Part shown: positions 48,282 to 59,876 of the stretch, one piece after another | How positions within the stretch are numbered: the stretch's first letter is position 1 | Layout of the letters: every line of letters begins with the position of its first letter | Assembly (NCBI GenBank): GCA_964409875.1 | Contig: CAYPEN010000004.1 | Span: forward strand, 107,784-171,783 | DNA from: an uncultured Gammaproteobacteria bacterium | Lineage (GTDB): Bacteria > Patescibacteriota > Microgenomatia > Levybacterales > GWA1-39-11 | Length of the DNA stretch: 64,000 nt | Direction of reading: 5' to 3' | Translations under genes and position numbers: made by a program | The notes under the pieces: model-generated | The model's database searches: none | The model's input: only the letters and a program-made list of their open reading frames with translations | What the model was told of the DNA's origin: nothing

Positions 48282-48344
48282 TTATACCGACAACTCTTGT
48301 TCAAATGTCCAACTGGCCATTTGAACTGAGACTCTCGGTATAAT
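48281..48344. repeat. 64-bp imperfect palindrome
   Basis: ATTATACCGA/TCGGTATAAT outer arms and GTTCAAATG/CATTTGAAC inner arms. Confidence 0.8.
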
Positions 48345-48384
48345 GTTCGCTTATGGACTTGATTATAGAAAAGAAGCTCACATT

Positions 48385-49679
48385 ATGAAAATCACATTTA
48401 TTGGACACGGATACGTAGGATTGGTCAGCGCCACAATTTTTGCAGATCTTGGCAACGATGTAACCGTTATTGGTCATACTCCGGAAACAGTTACAAATCT
48501 TAACAAAGGAATGGTTCATATCTATGAGCCGGGACTTACAGAGCTGGTGCAGAAAAATTTAGATGCAAAAAGGCTGAGATTTACATTGGATTATGAAAGT
48601 GTAAAAGAAGCTGAGCTTGTATTTATTGCAGTTGGAACGCCTCCAAAAGAGACAGGTGAAGCTGATCTTACAACTGTCCTTGAAGTAGCGGAGCAAATTG
48701 CAAAGAACATGTCAGGGTATACGGTTTTGGTAACGAAGAGCACAGTACCAATAGGCACGAACAAAAAGATTAAAGCATTAGTAGATAGTGTGAAGGACGC
48801 GAAGGCTGAGTTTGATGTTGCCTCATGTCCTGAATTTTTGCGTCAAGGGTCGGCAATTTCGGATACTCTGTATCCTGACAGAATAGTTATCGGTACTGAA
48901 ACACAAAAGGCTCAAGAGCTTTTGGTTGAGCTCCATAAGCCACTTCAAGAAAACACCAATTGCCCCTGGGTTTTGTGCAATCTCGAAACAGCTGAAATGA
49001 TAAAGTACGCGGCAAATTCTTTCTTGGCGATGAAAATATCCTTTGCTAATTCTATAGCACAGCTTTCAGAAGTGACAGGAGCAGATGCTATTCGCGTTCT
49101 TGAGGGAATAGGATTTGATAAAAGAATCGGAACATATTTCTTGCAGCCAGGTGCAGGATACGGTGGTAGTTGCTTTCCAAAGGACGTGAAGGCTCTTATT
49201 TCAATTGCGCAAGGATTTGATTATGATTTCAAACTTCTGAAAGAGGTAGAAAATGTCAATCATTCTGCAAAAAAAGCTATAGTGCATAAAGCCGAGAAAA
49301 TACTGGGAGACTTGAATGGAAAGAAAATCGGAGTGTTGGGACTGGCATTTAAGCCAAATACTGATGACATGAGGTTTGCTCCCTCTATTGAAATTACGAA
49401 ATGGTTAGTCGAAAAAGGTGCTACCGTTCATGCGTACGATCCACAGTCGATGGAAAAAGCAAAAAAAGTAATCGAGGGAATATCGTACGCGCAGGATATG
49501 TATGAGGTGGCAAAAGATGCGGATCTTCTTATCGTCATTACCGATTGGAACGAATTTAAGGAAATGGATTTAGGTCGTATCAAAGAGATGATGAAGTCTC
49601 CAAATCTCATAGACGCCCGAAATATTTATGATAAAGAAAAAATGGCCTCCCATGGATTTACCTACCAGGGAGTAGGAAG

Positions 49680-49683
<4 letters not shown>
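48385..49683 (+). CDS. ugd: UDP-glucose 6-dehydrogenase
   Basis: IGHGYVGL, KSTVP, PEFLR.G, KYAAN.FLA.KISF.N, GYGGSCFPKD, FKPNTDD.R. Confidence 0.93.
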
Positions 49684-51625
<1,942 letters not shown>

Positions 51626-51693
51626 TTCATTTTACTAACCTCTATAAATCCCTTTTTTGATACAATAGAAATGAACTTTAATTCGCTACGTCA

Positions 51694-51821
51694 AAAATTT
51701 TAATTGCAGGTGGTGCAGGATTTACGATTTGGGAAAATCGCAAATCTGGTATCACTTAAAGTTTGTGTTTGATTAGTGTTGTGTATGAGTAAAATTTTAA
51801 TTGCAGGTGGTGCAGGATTTA
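51694..51821 (+). repeat. Perfect 31-bp direct repeat of the uxs 5' end
   Basis: AAAATTTTAATTGCAGGTGGTGCAGGATTTA at 51694-51724 and 51791-51821. Confidence 0.9.
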
Positions 51822-52750
51822 TCGGATCGAATCTTTCCGAGAAGCTACTTTCAGAGGGGCATGAGGTGGTAGCAGTTGACAATTTGGTGTCTAGTGGGGA
51901 GATAAATGTAAAAAAACTCGAATCAAATCCTTCGTTCCGTTTTGTCCATCATGATGTTGTGCAACCATTACCTGATGGTCTTACTGCAGAATTTGTTTTT
52001 CATTTAGCCTCTCCAGCGTCCCCTAACCATCATAGTAAAATTTCATACCACGCACTTCCTATGGAGACTATGCTTGTTAATACAACAGGCACCCTGGAGC
52101 TTCTCAAATTTGCACAAAAGAATAATGCAAAGTTCTTATTTGCGTCCACATCGGAAATATATGGCGACCCACTGGAGCATCCACAAAAAGAAGATTACAG
52201 GGGAAATGTATCGACAACCGGTCCACGCTCAGTTTATGATGAAGCAAAAAGATTCGGAGAAACACTTACGTCCTATTTCTGGCGTGAAAGAGGGATAGAT
52301 GCCAGGATAGCCAGGATATTCAATACATATGGTCCCAATATGCACAAGGATGATTTGAGAATGATTGTGCGATTTATTATGCAAGGACTGAGAAATGAAC
52401 CGATAACACTTTTTGGTGATGGAAGCCAAACGCGTTCACTTTGTTATATAGATGACTTATGTGAAGGATTGACAAGACTTATGTTCTATGAGAATACGCG
52501 TGGAGAAATTATCAATCTTGGAAACCCGGAGGAACATACTGTGGCCGAATATGCCCAAATTGTAAAACGCTTGTTGAATTCACAAAGTGAGATAGTGCAA
52601 TCCGAGGAGTTACCAAAGGATGATCCTGCAAGACGTTGCCCGGATATAACAAAAGCGAGAAATATTCTCTCATGGGAACCAAAGATGGGGTTGGAAGAAG
52701 GACTTGTGAAAATGATTGAGTACGTCAAAAATTTGGACGTTGAAGTATAA
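51785..52750 (+). CDS. UDP-glucuronate decarboxylase (UDP-xylose synthase)-like SDR
   Basis: GGAGFIGS, HLASPASP, ASTSE.YGDP..HPQ.E.Y.GNV...GPRS.YDEAKR, RIFNTYGP, DDP.RR.PDI. Confidence 0.88.
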   Translation: MSKILIAGGAGFIGSNLSEKLLSEGHEVVAVDNLVSSGEINVKKLESNPSFRFVHHDVVQPLPDGLTAEFVFHLASPASPNHHSKISYHALPMETMLVNTTGTLELLKFAQKNNAKFLFASTSEIYGDPLEHPQKEDYRGNVSTTGPRSVYDEAKRFGETLTSYFWRERGIDARIARIFNTYGPNMHKDDLRMIVRFIMQGLRNEPITLFGDGSQTRSLCYIDDLCEGLTRLMFYENTRGEIINLGNPEEHTVAEYAQIVKRLLNSQSEIVQSEELPKDDPARRCPDITKARNILSWEPKMGLEEGLVKMIEYVKNLDVEV

Positions 52751-52752
52751 CT

Positions 52753-53901
52753 ATGAAAATATTTGTCATACCTGCTACTTATAATGAAGCGGATAATATT
52801 GAAAAATTTATTACCATTCTTGAGGAAGAGGTATTTCCCAAAATTAAAGGACACCAGATGCATATCCTTGTTGCTGACGATTATTCTCCGGACGGTACGG
52901 GAGCAATCGTTAGAAAACTCATGGAAAAATACGATAACTTGGGTATTAATGAGGGTGAAAAGAAAGGATTGGGTGCAGCGTATTTACGGACGATGGGGTA
53001 TGCTATAGAGCATCTCGGAGCAGATGTTGTAATAAGTATTGATGCGGACTTCCAATTTAACCCTCATGATCTTCCACGTTTTGTTGAAAAAATAGATGAG
53101 GGATACGACGTTGTTATTCAGAGTAGATATAGTGGAGGTGGTTCTATTCCCCAGAACTGGCCTCTGCAACGGAAGGTTTTTTCAGTAGTTGCCAATTTAT
53201 TCGTGAGGAGTGTTTTTATGCGTTTTAGTATCCACGATTGGACGGGAGGGTTCAGGGCAATACGCAAAGAAGTTTTTGAGAAAGTGAGACATGAAATGAA
53301 AGGATACAATGGCTACATATTTCAAATCGCTTTTCTTCATAACGCCGTTCAGAAAGGGTACCGTATCGGAGAGGTGCCATTACACTTTTCGGATAGAAAG
53401 CTTGGTAATTCCAAAATTGCCCCTCTACAATACATTCTTAATGTTGTTTCATTCGTTCTTATAGCACGGGCAAAGGAGCTTATGTTTGGTTCATTTGGAA
53501 AATTTATTATTGTCGGTGGCATCGGTTTTATTATCAACGCAATTGCGCTTAAAATTTTAGTTGAGAAGTTTGGGTGGGTTGCATACTTAGCTAACCTAAT
53601 TGGTGCGGTTCTTGCAATATTTTCCAATTATAATCTTAACAATTTATGGACGTTTAGGCATCATAAAGCTGAAGGAATTGGAGAATATTTTATAAAGCTC
53701 CTGCAGTTTTACGCAACTTCTGCGTTTGGTGTTATTTTTATACAAACGGGAACGATATTTGTAGGCGTACATTTTTTAACCGGACAAAAAGATTACTTTC
53801 TCTATTTCTTATTTGGAACCGCAATACTTTTGGTTTGGAACTTCTTTATATACTCAAAAGTAATTTGGAAAAAGAAAAAAAAGACTTCTGTTCATGATTA
53901 A
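52753..53901 (+). CDS. GT2 polyprenol-phosphate glycosyltransferase (DPM1-like) fused to a GtrA flippase-like domain
   Basis: TYNE..NI, DD.SPDGT, GLG.AY, DADFQ, D.TGGFRA; C-terminal KF.IVG..G, NY.LNN.WTF. Confidence 0.88.
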   Translation: MKIFVIPATYNEADNIEKFITILEEEVFPKIKGHQMHILVADDYSPDGTGAIVRKLMEKYDNLGINEGEKKGLGAAYLRTMGYAIEHLGADVVISIDADFQFNPHDLPRFVEKIDEGYDVVIQSRYSGGGSIPQNWPLQRKVFSVVANLFVRSVFMRFSIHDWTGGFRAIRKEVFEKVRHEMKGYNGYIFQIAFLHNAVQKGYRIGEVPLHFSDRKLGNSKIAPLQYILNVVSFVLIARAKELMFGSFGKFIIVGGIGFIINAIALKILVEKFGWVAYLANLIGAVLAIFSNYNLNNLWTFRHHKAEGIGEYFIKLLQFYATSAFGVIFIQTGTIFVGVHFLTGQKDYFLYFLFGTAILLVWNFFIYSKVIWKKKKKTSVHD

Positions 53902-55462
53902 GCGCATTAAGAAATATATCGCCATTCATAAAAAGGAGATATTTATTCTGTTTGTTCTACTGGCTCTTGCTGCTTTTTTGAGACTCTACAAAATCTCCGA
54001 CTATATGACTTTTTTAGGAGATGAGGGAAGAGATGCGATTGTTGCCAAAGATATTCTCCATGGTCAATTTACATTATTGGGTCCAAGAGCATCAGCGGGA
54101 GATTTCTTTCTGGGACCTATTTACTATTACATGATGGCGCCATTTCTTCTGTTTGCAAATTATGACCCGGTTGGCCCTGCTATTATGATAGCTCTTTTTG
54201 GAATAGCGACAGTCTTTCTTGTGTATTATGTTGGACTCAAGTTTTTCAATGCAAAGGCAGGACTTGTTGCCGCTTCTTTGTATGCAGTTTCCCCTTTGGT
54301 TATTGCGTACTCCCGTTCCTCATGGAATCCAAATGCAATGCCTTTTTTTTCTCTTTTGATGTTGTTCCTTCTGTATCGTGCAGTAACACAACAGTCAAAA
54401 AAAGCCTTTTTTGTTGTCGGATTGCTGTTAGGAGTTGCGATGCAACTTCATTATCTTACTACTTTTTTGGCGGTTATCATTTTTTCCTTTGTCCTTGTCG
54501 GCGATTTCCTTGCCGGAAAAAAGCAAGTGTTTAAAAGCTTAATATGGCATTATATTGAAATATTTGTAGGCTTTCTTGTTGCGTTCTCGCCATTTCTTGC
54601 TTTCGAGATACGTCATGGATTCCCGAATACTATTGCAATTTTTAGGTTTGTTTTTTCGGACAATACAACAAAATCATATGTGTTGCATCATTCTTTCGCT
54701 GGGAATATTGCAGATATATTCTTCCGCATTTTTGGAAGACTCGTTACCAAATTTCCACCGCAGGAGCAGCTAAAAATCTACAATTCCAACGAATTGTTAA
54801 TATGGCAAATTCTGACAATAGTTTTAGCACTAGTAGCAATAGGTGCGTTGGTTTTCGTAAAAGACAAATTAAAAGTGATGCTTTTGTCATTCTGGTTATT
54901 TTTTGGCGTATTTCTCTTCGGTATATATAAGAAGGACATATACGATTATTATTTGGGGTTTCTTTTTCCATTGCCATTTCTTCTCATTGGAAATTTTATA
55001 AGCGTTCTTTCTGAGAAAATAAAACCCAAAAAAGCCGGGGTTATTGTTGGTATTGGTGCATTTATTATTTTATTTTTGGTAAATCTTTCAGGTTATCCAT
55101 TTCAATTTCCGGGTAACAGACAGAAGGACCAGGCAAAGAAGATTTCTGAATTTGTATTAGCAAAGACAGGAGGCCAACCATTTAACTTTGCACTCATGAC
55201 AGATGGTAATTCTGACCATTTGTACCGGTATTTTTTTGAGGTTGAAAATAGGGAACCAGTAACAATTGAAAATATTGCTCTTGACCCCCAACGAAAAAGT
55301 GTAACATCCCAACTCCTGATAGTTTGTGAGAAAAAAGTTTGTGAACCTCTTGGATATTCATTGTGGGAAATTGCCGGGTTCGGGAGAGCTGAAATAGCAG
55401 GAAGATGGAGTGTGCCGCCAGTTACCGTATTACGACTCATTCATTACAAAGAAAAATCGTGA
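53894..55462 (+). CDS. GT-C fold integral membrane glycosyltransferase (PMT/ArnT-like)
   Basis: Many TMs; FLGDEGRD, LGP, GP.YYY, SR..WNPN, QLHY. Confidence 0.82.
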   Translation: MIKRIKKYIAIHKKEIFILFVLLALAAFLRLYKISDYMTFLGDEGRDAIVAKDILHGQFTLLGPRASAGDFFLGPIYYYMMAPFLLFANYDPVGPAIMIALFGIATVFLVYYVGLKFFNAKAGLVAASLYAVSPLVIAYSRSSWNPNAMPFFSLLMLFLLYRAVTQQSKKAFFVVGLLLGVAMQLHYLTTFLAVIIFSFVLVGDFLAGKKQVFKSLIWHYIEIFVGFLVAFSPFLAFEIRHGFPNTIAIFRFVFSDNTTKSYVLHHSFAGNIADIFFRIFGRLVTKFPPQEQLKIYNSNELLIWQILTIVLALVAIGALVFVKDKLKVMLLSFWLFFGVFLFGIYKKDIYDYYLGFLFPLPFLLIGNFISVLSEKIKPKKAGVIVGIGAFIILFLVNLSGYPFQFPGNRQKDQAKKISEFVLAKTGGQPFNFALMTDGNSDHLYRYFFEVENREPVTIENIALDPQRKSVTSQLLIVCEKKVCEPLGYSLWEIAGFGRAEIAGRWSVPPVTVLRLIHYKEKS

Positions 55463-55722
55463 CAATAGAAAAGAAAGTTTTCAAAAAATATTTTCAAGAC
55501 ATAATTGATGGAAAAAAAAGCTTTGAAGTAAGGCTCGCAGATTTTTCATGTGGCATAGGAGATGTGCTTTTATTAAAAGAGTGGGATGAGATAAAAAAAG
55601 AATTCACTGGCCGTCAAATAGAAAGGAAGATAAAATACCTAATCAGAACAAAAGACCTTACTTTTTGGGACGCTAGCGAAATTGCTAAATATGGGTATCT
55701 AATAATAGGACTTGATAGCTAA
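55459..55722 (+). CDS. DUF3850/ASCH-like protein
   Basis: YF..I..GKK.FEVR..DF...GD.L.L.EWD...FTGR; GTG start overlaps the upstream stop. Confidence 0.8.
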   Translation: MTIEKKVFKKYFQDIIDGKKSFEVRLADFSCGIGDVLLLKEWDEIKKEFTGRQIERKIKYLIRTKDLTFWDASEIAKYGYLIIGLDS

Positions 55723-56030
55723 TATCCTAAGAAATGGAGCCTAAGAACACCGGTTGAAAGCAGAACAAAAAGTAAAATATCAAAAGCTACAATAATCCCC
55801 GACGCTGCGGTTATAGCTGTTATATCATGTTTAAGATACGCAATGTCTTTTTGTTCGTAGGTGTCAACTTCCCTATTTTGTGACGGTTTTTCCGCAGTTT
55901 CTTTTTTCTCTTTAATACCGGAAACCGAGTACGTAGGAGAGTCTGTATGGACATGTATATGACGTAATTCCTCTGTATGACGGATGTGTGCGGTTTCTTT
56001 TTGCTTTCTCGTCTTTCTCTTCTTTGACAT
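55719..56030 (-). CDS. Hypothetical protein with basic N-terminus and C-terminal TM
   Basis: MSKKRKTRKQK...YLKHDI + TM. Confidence 0.65.
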   Translation of the reverse strand: MSKKRKTRKQKETAHIRHTEELRHIHVHTDSPTYSVSGIKEKKETAEKPSQNREVDTYEQKDIAYLKHDITAITAASGIIVAFDILLFVLLSTGVLRLHFLGY

Positions 56031-56049
56031 GGCCTCAAAAGTTATCATA

Positions 56050-56078
56050 TTGACACATTATTTGCAAGAGACTAAAAT
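56050..56078 (+). promoter_or_regulatory. sigma70 promoter
   Basis: TTGACA(56050-56055)-17 bp-TAAAAT(56073-56078), 9 nt before ATG 56088. Confidence 0.75.
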
Positions 56079-56087
56079 GAATTCTCT

Positions 56088-56561
56088 ATGAGTTTTATCC
56101 CCCTGTTTGTAGGTGTTATCCTTCTTGTTTGGTGTGGCGCTCTTTCTTATATACTATTTATGCAGCAGAAAAATATCCAAAAAGTTACAAGAGGTGGAAA
56201 GAGAGAGAGTATAATAGAGCTACTCAGCGAAGTACTTGAAACAGAGAAAAATCTTGGAAAAAACCTCAATGACGTGAAGCGAAAAGTTGAGGGCTTGATA
56301 TTTGATTCGCAATTATATATACAAAAGATAGGCCTTGTAAGGTTTAATCCCTTTAATGATACGGGCGGTGACCAAAGTTTCATTTTGGCATTAATCGATT
56401 CTGAAGATTCAGGAGTTGTTATATCGGGACTTCACACAAGAAATGGAACTCGTTGGTATGCCAAGAAAGTTGAGAACGGCAAGGGAGTAGAGCATGAATT
56501 GTCTCTCGATGAGATAAAAGCTATCAAATCCGCGACAAGAAGGAAGCCAAAACAAATATGA
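56088..56561 (+). CDS. DUF4446 family protein
   Basis: QK.GLVRFNPF.DTGGDQSF.LAL.D...GVVIS.LH.R..TR.YAK. Confidence 0.85.
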   Translation: MSFIPLFVGVILLVWCGALSYILFMQQKNIQKVTRGGKRESIIELLSEVLETEKNLGKNLNDVKRKVEGLIFDSQLYIQKIGLVRFNPFNDTGGDQSFILALIDSEDSGVVISGLHTRNGTRWYAKKVENGKGVEHELSLDEIKAIKSATRRKPKQI

Positions 56562-57760
56562 GAGAAGAAGATTTTGAGTCAAAAAAGAACAATATGAATG
56601 TAAAAATAATTACTATTGGTGTCATCGTATACATAGCGAGCGCTTTGGTTTCTTTTATTGTTTTTAGCCGTTATGGTGGCAGTCTATCCTCTGTTTCTTC
56701 ACCGGTTCCACAGCCTGTTAAAACAAGTTCAGGAAAATTGGTGTTCGATGACACATTGCCCAAAACCGAAGAATGTCCGATAAACGGTGTAAAGTACTCG
56801 AAGCAACAACGCGCATGGTGGGAGAAGCATGAACCTCTGGGAATAATGATAGAAAATCATGAAGAAGCACGCCCTCAGAGTGGAATGACTTTTGCCGATA
56901 TTACGTATGAGGCGATTGCTGAGGGTGGTATCACCCGGTTTCTTAATATTTTCTATTGCCAGGATGCGGAAGTTGTGGGTCCTGTCCGTTCCGCACGAAC
57001 ATATTTCATAGATTTTCTTTCTGAATATGGTTCATTCCCCTTATATGCACATGTAGGGGGTGCCAATTCCGATGGTCCTGCTGATGCTTTAGGACAAATA
57101 GAAAGCTACGGTTGGGCAGGGGCCAATGATCTCAATCAGTTTTCAATAGGATTCCCCGTTTTCTTACGCGATTATGACAGACTTGGACGGACTGTTGCGA
57201 CAGAACACACAATGTACTCCTCGACTACAAAATTATGGGATTATGCAGCAAAAAACAGAAAAATCACAAACGTAAATGAAAAGGGAGAGAGTTGGACGAA
57301 AAACTTTACTCCGTATACATTTAAAGAAGATGCAGCGGTCGGCACCAGACCTGCTACGCAGACTATTGGCTTTGATTTCTGGGACGGATACGATGCTTAT
57401 GGAGTAAGCTGGGCTTATGACAAGGCTACCAACTCATATCTTCGTTCGAATGGCGGAAAACCTCATACTGATTTAGTTACGAAAAAACAATTGGCTGCCC
57501 GTAATATCGTTATTCTATTTATGAAGGAAAGCCGCGCTAATGACGGATATGAGGGAAATTTACACATGCTTTATGGGACTAAGGGGACGGGGAATGCCAA
57601 AATTTTCATGGACGGCACCGAAATTGACGGAACATGGTCAAAGAAAAATAGAACCGCTCATCTTTATATAAAAGACAAGCGAGGTAAAGATATAGAATTT
57701 AATAGGGGAAGGATTTGGTTTGAAGTCGTCTCTCCAACAACAGAAATCACTGTTAAATAG
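56558..57760 (+). CDS. DUF3048 family membrane-anchored protein
   Basis: MIENH..ARPQSG, YE..AEGGITRF, GPVRSAR.YF, H.GG. Confidence 0.88.
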   Translation: MREEDFESKKNNMNVKIITIGVIVYIASALVSFIVFSRYGGSLSSVSSPVPQPVKTSSGKLVFDDTLPKTEECPINGVKYSKQQRAWWEKHEPLGIMIENHEEARPQSGMTFADITYEAIAEGGITRFLNIFYCQDAEVVGPVRSARTYFIDFLSEYGSFPLYAHVGGANSDGPADALGQIESYGWAGANDLNQFSIGFPVFLRDYDRLGRTVATEHTMYSSTTKLWDYAAKNRKITNVNEKGESWTKNFTPYTFKEDAAVGTRPATQTIGFDFWDGYDAYGVSWAYDKATNSYLRSNGGKPHTDLVTKKQLAARNIVILFMKESRANDGYEGNLHMLYGTKGTGNAKIFMDGTEIDGTWSKKNRTAHLYIKDKRGKDIEFNRGRIWFEVVSPTTEITVK

Positions 57761-57808
57761 TTTTCATTCTTTTTTCTCTTGAATGTTTGTTTTGTTAAGC
57801 AGAGCTTG

Positions 57809-57838
57809 CCCTTGCGAAATTAGCAAGGGTAGTATAAT
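57809..57838 (+). promoter_or_regulatory. Inverted repeat (operator candidate) abutting a -10 box
   Basis: CCCTTGC-7 bp-GCAAGGG (57809-57829), TATAAT at 57833-57838. Confidence 0.55.
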
Positions 57839-57854
57839 ATATGTACTCAAAGAT

Positions 57855-58433
57855 ATGTTTGATGATCTCATCACCTCTAAAACCCGTATTAAAATACTTC
57901 ACCTATTTTTAGGAAATCTCGGGGAGATGTTTCACGTTAGAGAAATCGTACGCCGAGTCGATGAAGAGATAAATGCGGTACGCAGGGAACTGATGCTCCT
58001 TGAAAAAAAGGGCATTCTTAACCGGGAGGCACGCGCCAATAGAGTTTATTATTCTCTTGATACTACATATCCTTTCTACTACGACCTTGTAAAAATTTAT
58101 GCAAAAGAATCAGGACTTGGTAGGGATATTATAAAAAATAGGGTAAAGTTGGGAAAAATTAAATACGCAATGCTTTCAGGTGATTTTGCAAGAAATTTAC
58201 CGAATAGTGGAGAAAGTGTCGATTTGTTGGTTGTAGGGATTGTGGTTCTCCCCGAATTATCCTTGCTTATTAAGAAAGAAGAGGAAATGAAAAAAAGAGA
58301 AATAAATTATACAATTATGAATGAGGACGAATTCAATTTCCGCAAGGGACGACGAGATCCATTTATTGCTTCTATAATTTATGGATCAAGGGTCATGCTC
58401 ATCGGTGATGAAGAATCGTTGGTGAAAGAATAA
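57855..58433 (+). CDS. Winged-HTH regulator fused to a degenerate nucleotidyltransferase-like domain
   Basis: SKTR.KIL.LF, VREI.R...E.INAVRREL..LE..G; LSGDF....VDLLVVG; start ATG 57855. Confidence 0.75.
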   Translation: MFDDLITSKTRIKILHLFLGNLGEMFHVREIVRRVDEEINAVRRELMLLEKKGILNREARANRVYYSLDTTYPFYYDLVKIYAKESGLGRDIIKNRVKLGKIKYAMLSGDFARNLPNSGESVDLLVVGIVVLPELSLLIKKEEEMKKREINYTIMNEDEFNFRKGRRDPFIASIIYGSRVMLIGDEESLVKE

Positions 58434-58493
58434 TAAAAATAATTCCAACTTATCCATTTGTGGTGTATTACTTGTTAGCAAATTGAAATTATT

Positions 58494-59876
58494 ATGAGAA
58501 AGCCAAAAATTTTTATTGTTGTTATTAGCTTAATTTCATGCATACTTCTTCTTCTAAACATTCCAGGTAAACTTGATTTACGCTCGGTTAAATTTCCATT
58601 TATTGAAAAAAGTAAAAATGTAGCCAATTTTGTCTTTGATCCTGCCAATATAAATTTTAATGTTGGAGGCATCAGTATAAAAAAAGACCTCTCATATAAA
58701 TTAGGGCTCGACCTGCAGGGTGGAACACAATTGACCTATAAAGTCGATATGAAAGGAATTAAAAAAGATGCCCAACAAGATGCATTTGAGGCAGCAAGAG
58801 ATGTTATCGAGCGCCGAATAAATTACCTTGGAGTTTCTGAGCCGACAATTCAGACCATCAAATTAGGCAACGACTATCGTATAGTTGTGGATCTCCCTGG
58901 TATGTCAAATGTTTCGCAAGCCATAAGCCTTATTGGGCAGACTGCACAACTTACCTTTTGGGAAGGTGGCAAGGACAAAATATCGGCAATACCTCAAGGC
59001 GATTTGTTTTTAACAACATTGGGGCAACTGATTGGATCTTACCCCATTCCCACCAACCTTACCGGAAAGGATTTACAAAAGGCTACTGTTGTCTTTGATA
59101 GAACAACTGGTAAGCCACAAGTACAGATACAATTTACCAGTCAGGGTGCCAAATATTTCGACGAAATTACTAAAAGAAATATTGGAAAAGTTGTAGCAAT
59201 TGCGCTTGACAACCAAATTGTGAGTGCACCTGTTGTACAGACAGAAATTGCTAATGGTACTGCGGTTATTTCCGGTTCATTCACACCCGATGTTGCAAAA
59301 AATCTCAGTATTGCACTCAATGCAGGAGCTCTTCCGGCCCCACTTGAGGTTATTGCCCAAAATTCCGTAGGTCCTTCGTTGGGTATTGACTCGCTTCATA
59401 AAAGTATGTTTGCGGCCATTATTGGATTTATGTCAATTATTTTCTTTATGACATACATATATAGAAAGGAAGGAATTATTGCATGTGTTGCGCTTGCAAT
59501 GTACACAGTTATAACACTTTTTATCTACAAACTCATACCCGTTACACTGACTCTTGCTGGTATTGCAGGCTTCATTCTGTCGATTGGTATGGCAGTTGAT
59601 GCAAATATCCTTATCTTTGAGAGAATGAAGGAGGAATTGAGACGTGGAAAACCCAGAGAGATTGCAATGAAAAATGGATTCACCCGAGCCTGGACATCAA
59701 TTAGAGATTCAAATATTACAAGTATAATTACAACTATCATTCTTTTCTATTTCGGGAGTGGAATTGTTAGGGGATTTGCTCTCACACTCTTTTTGGGAAT
59801 TATTGTATCAATGTTTTCAGCCATTACTATAACAAGAAATCTGTTATACGTTTTTGATAGAAAGGAGAAAAAATAA
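58494..59876 (+). CDS. secD: Protein translocase subunit SecD
   Basis: LGLDLQGG, ERRIN.LGVSEP, GALP, G.ILSIGMAVDANILIFER.KEE. Confidence 0.96.
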   Translation: MRKPKIFIVVISLISCILLLLNIPGKLDLRSVKFPFIEKSKNVANFVFDPANINFNVGGISIKKDLSYKLGLDLQGGTQLTYKVDMKGIKKDAQQDAFEAARDVIERRINYLGVSEPTIQTIKLGNDYRIVVDLPGMSNVSQAISLIGQTAQLTFWEGGKDKISAIPQGDLFLTTLGQLIGSYPIPTNLTGKDLQKATVVFDRTTGKPQVQIQFTSQGAKYFDEITKRNIGKVVAIALDNQIVSAPVVQTEIANGTAVISGSFTPDVAKNLSIALNAGALPAPLEVIAQNSVGPSLGIDSLHKSMFAAIIGFMSIIFFMTYIYRKEGIIACVALAMYTVITLFIYKLIPVTLTLAGIAGFILSIGMAVDANILIFERMKEELRRGKPREIAMKNGFTRAWTSIRDSNITSIITTIILFYFGSGIVRGFALTLFLGIIVSMFSAITITRNLLYVFDRKEKK

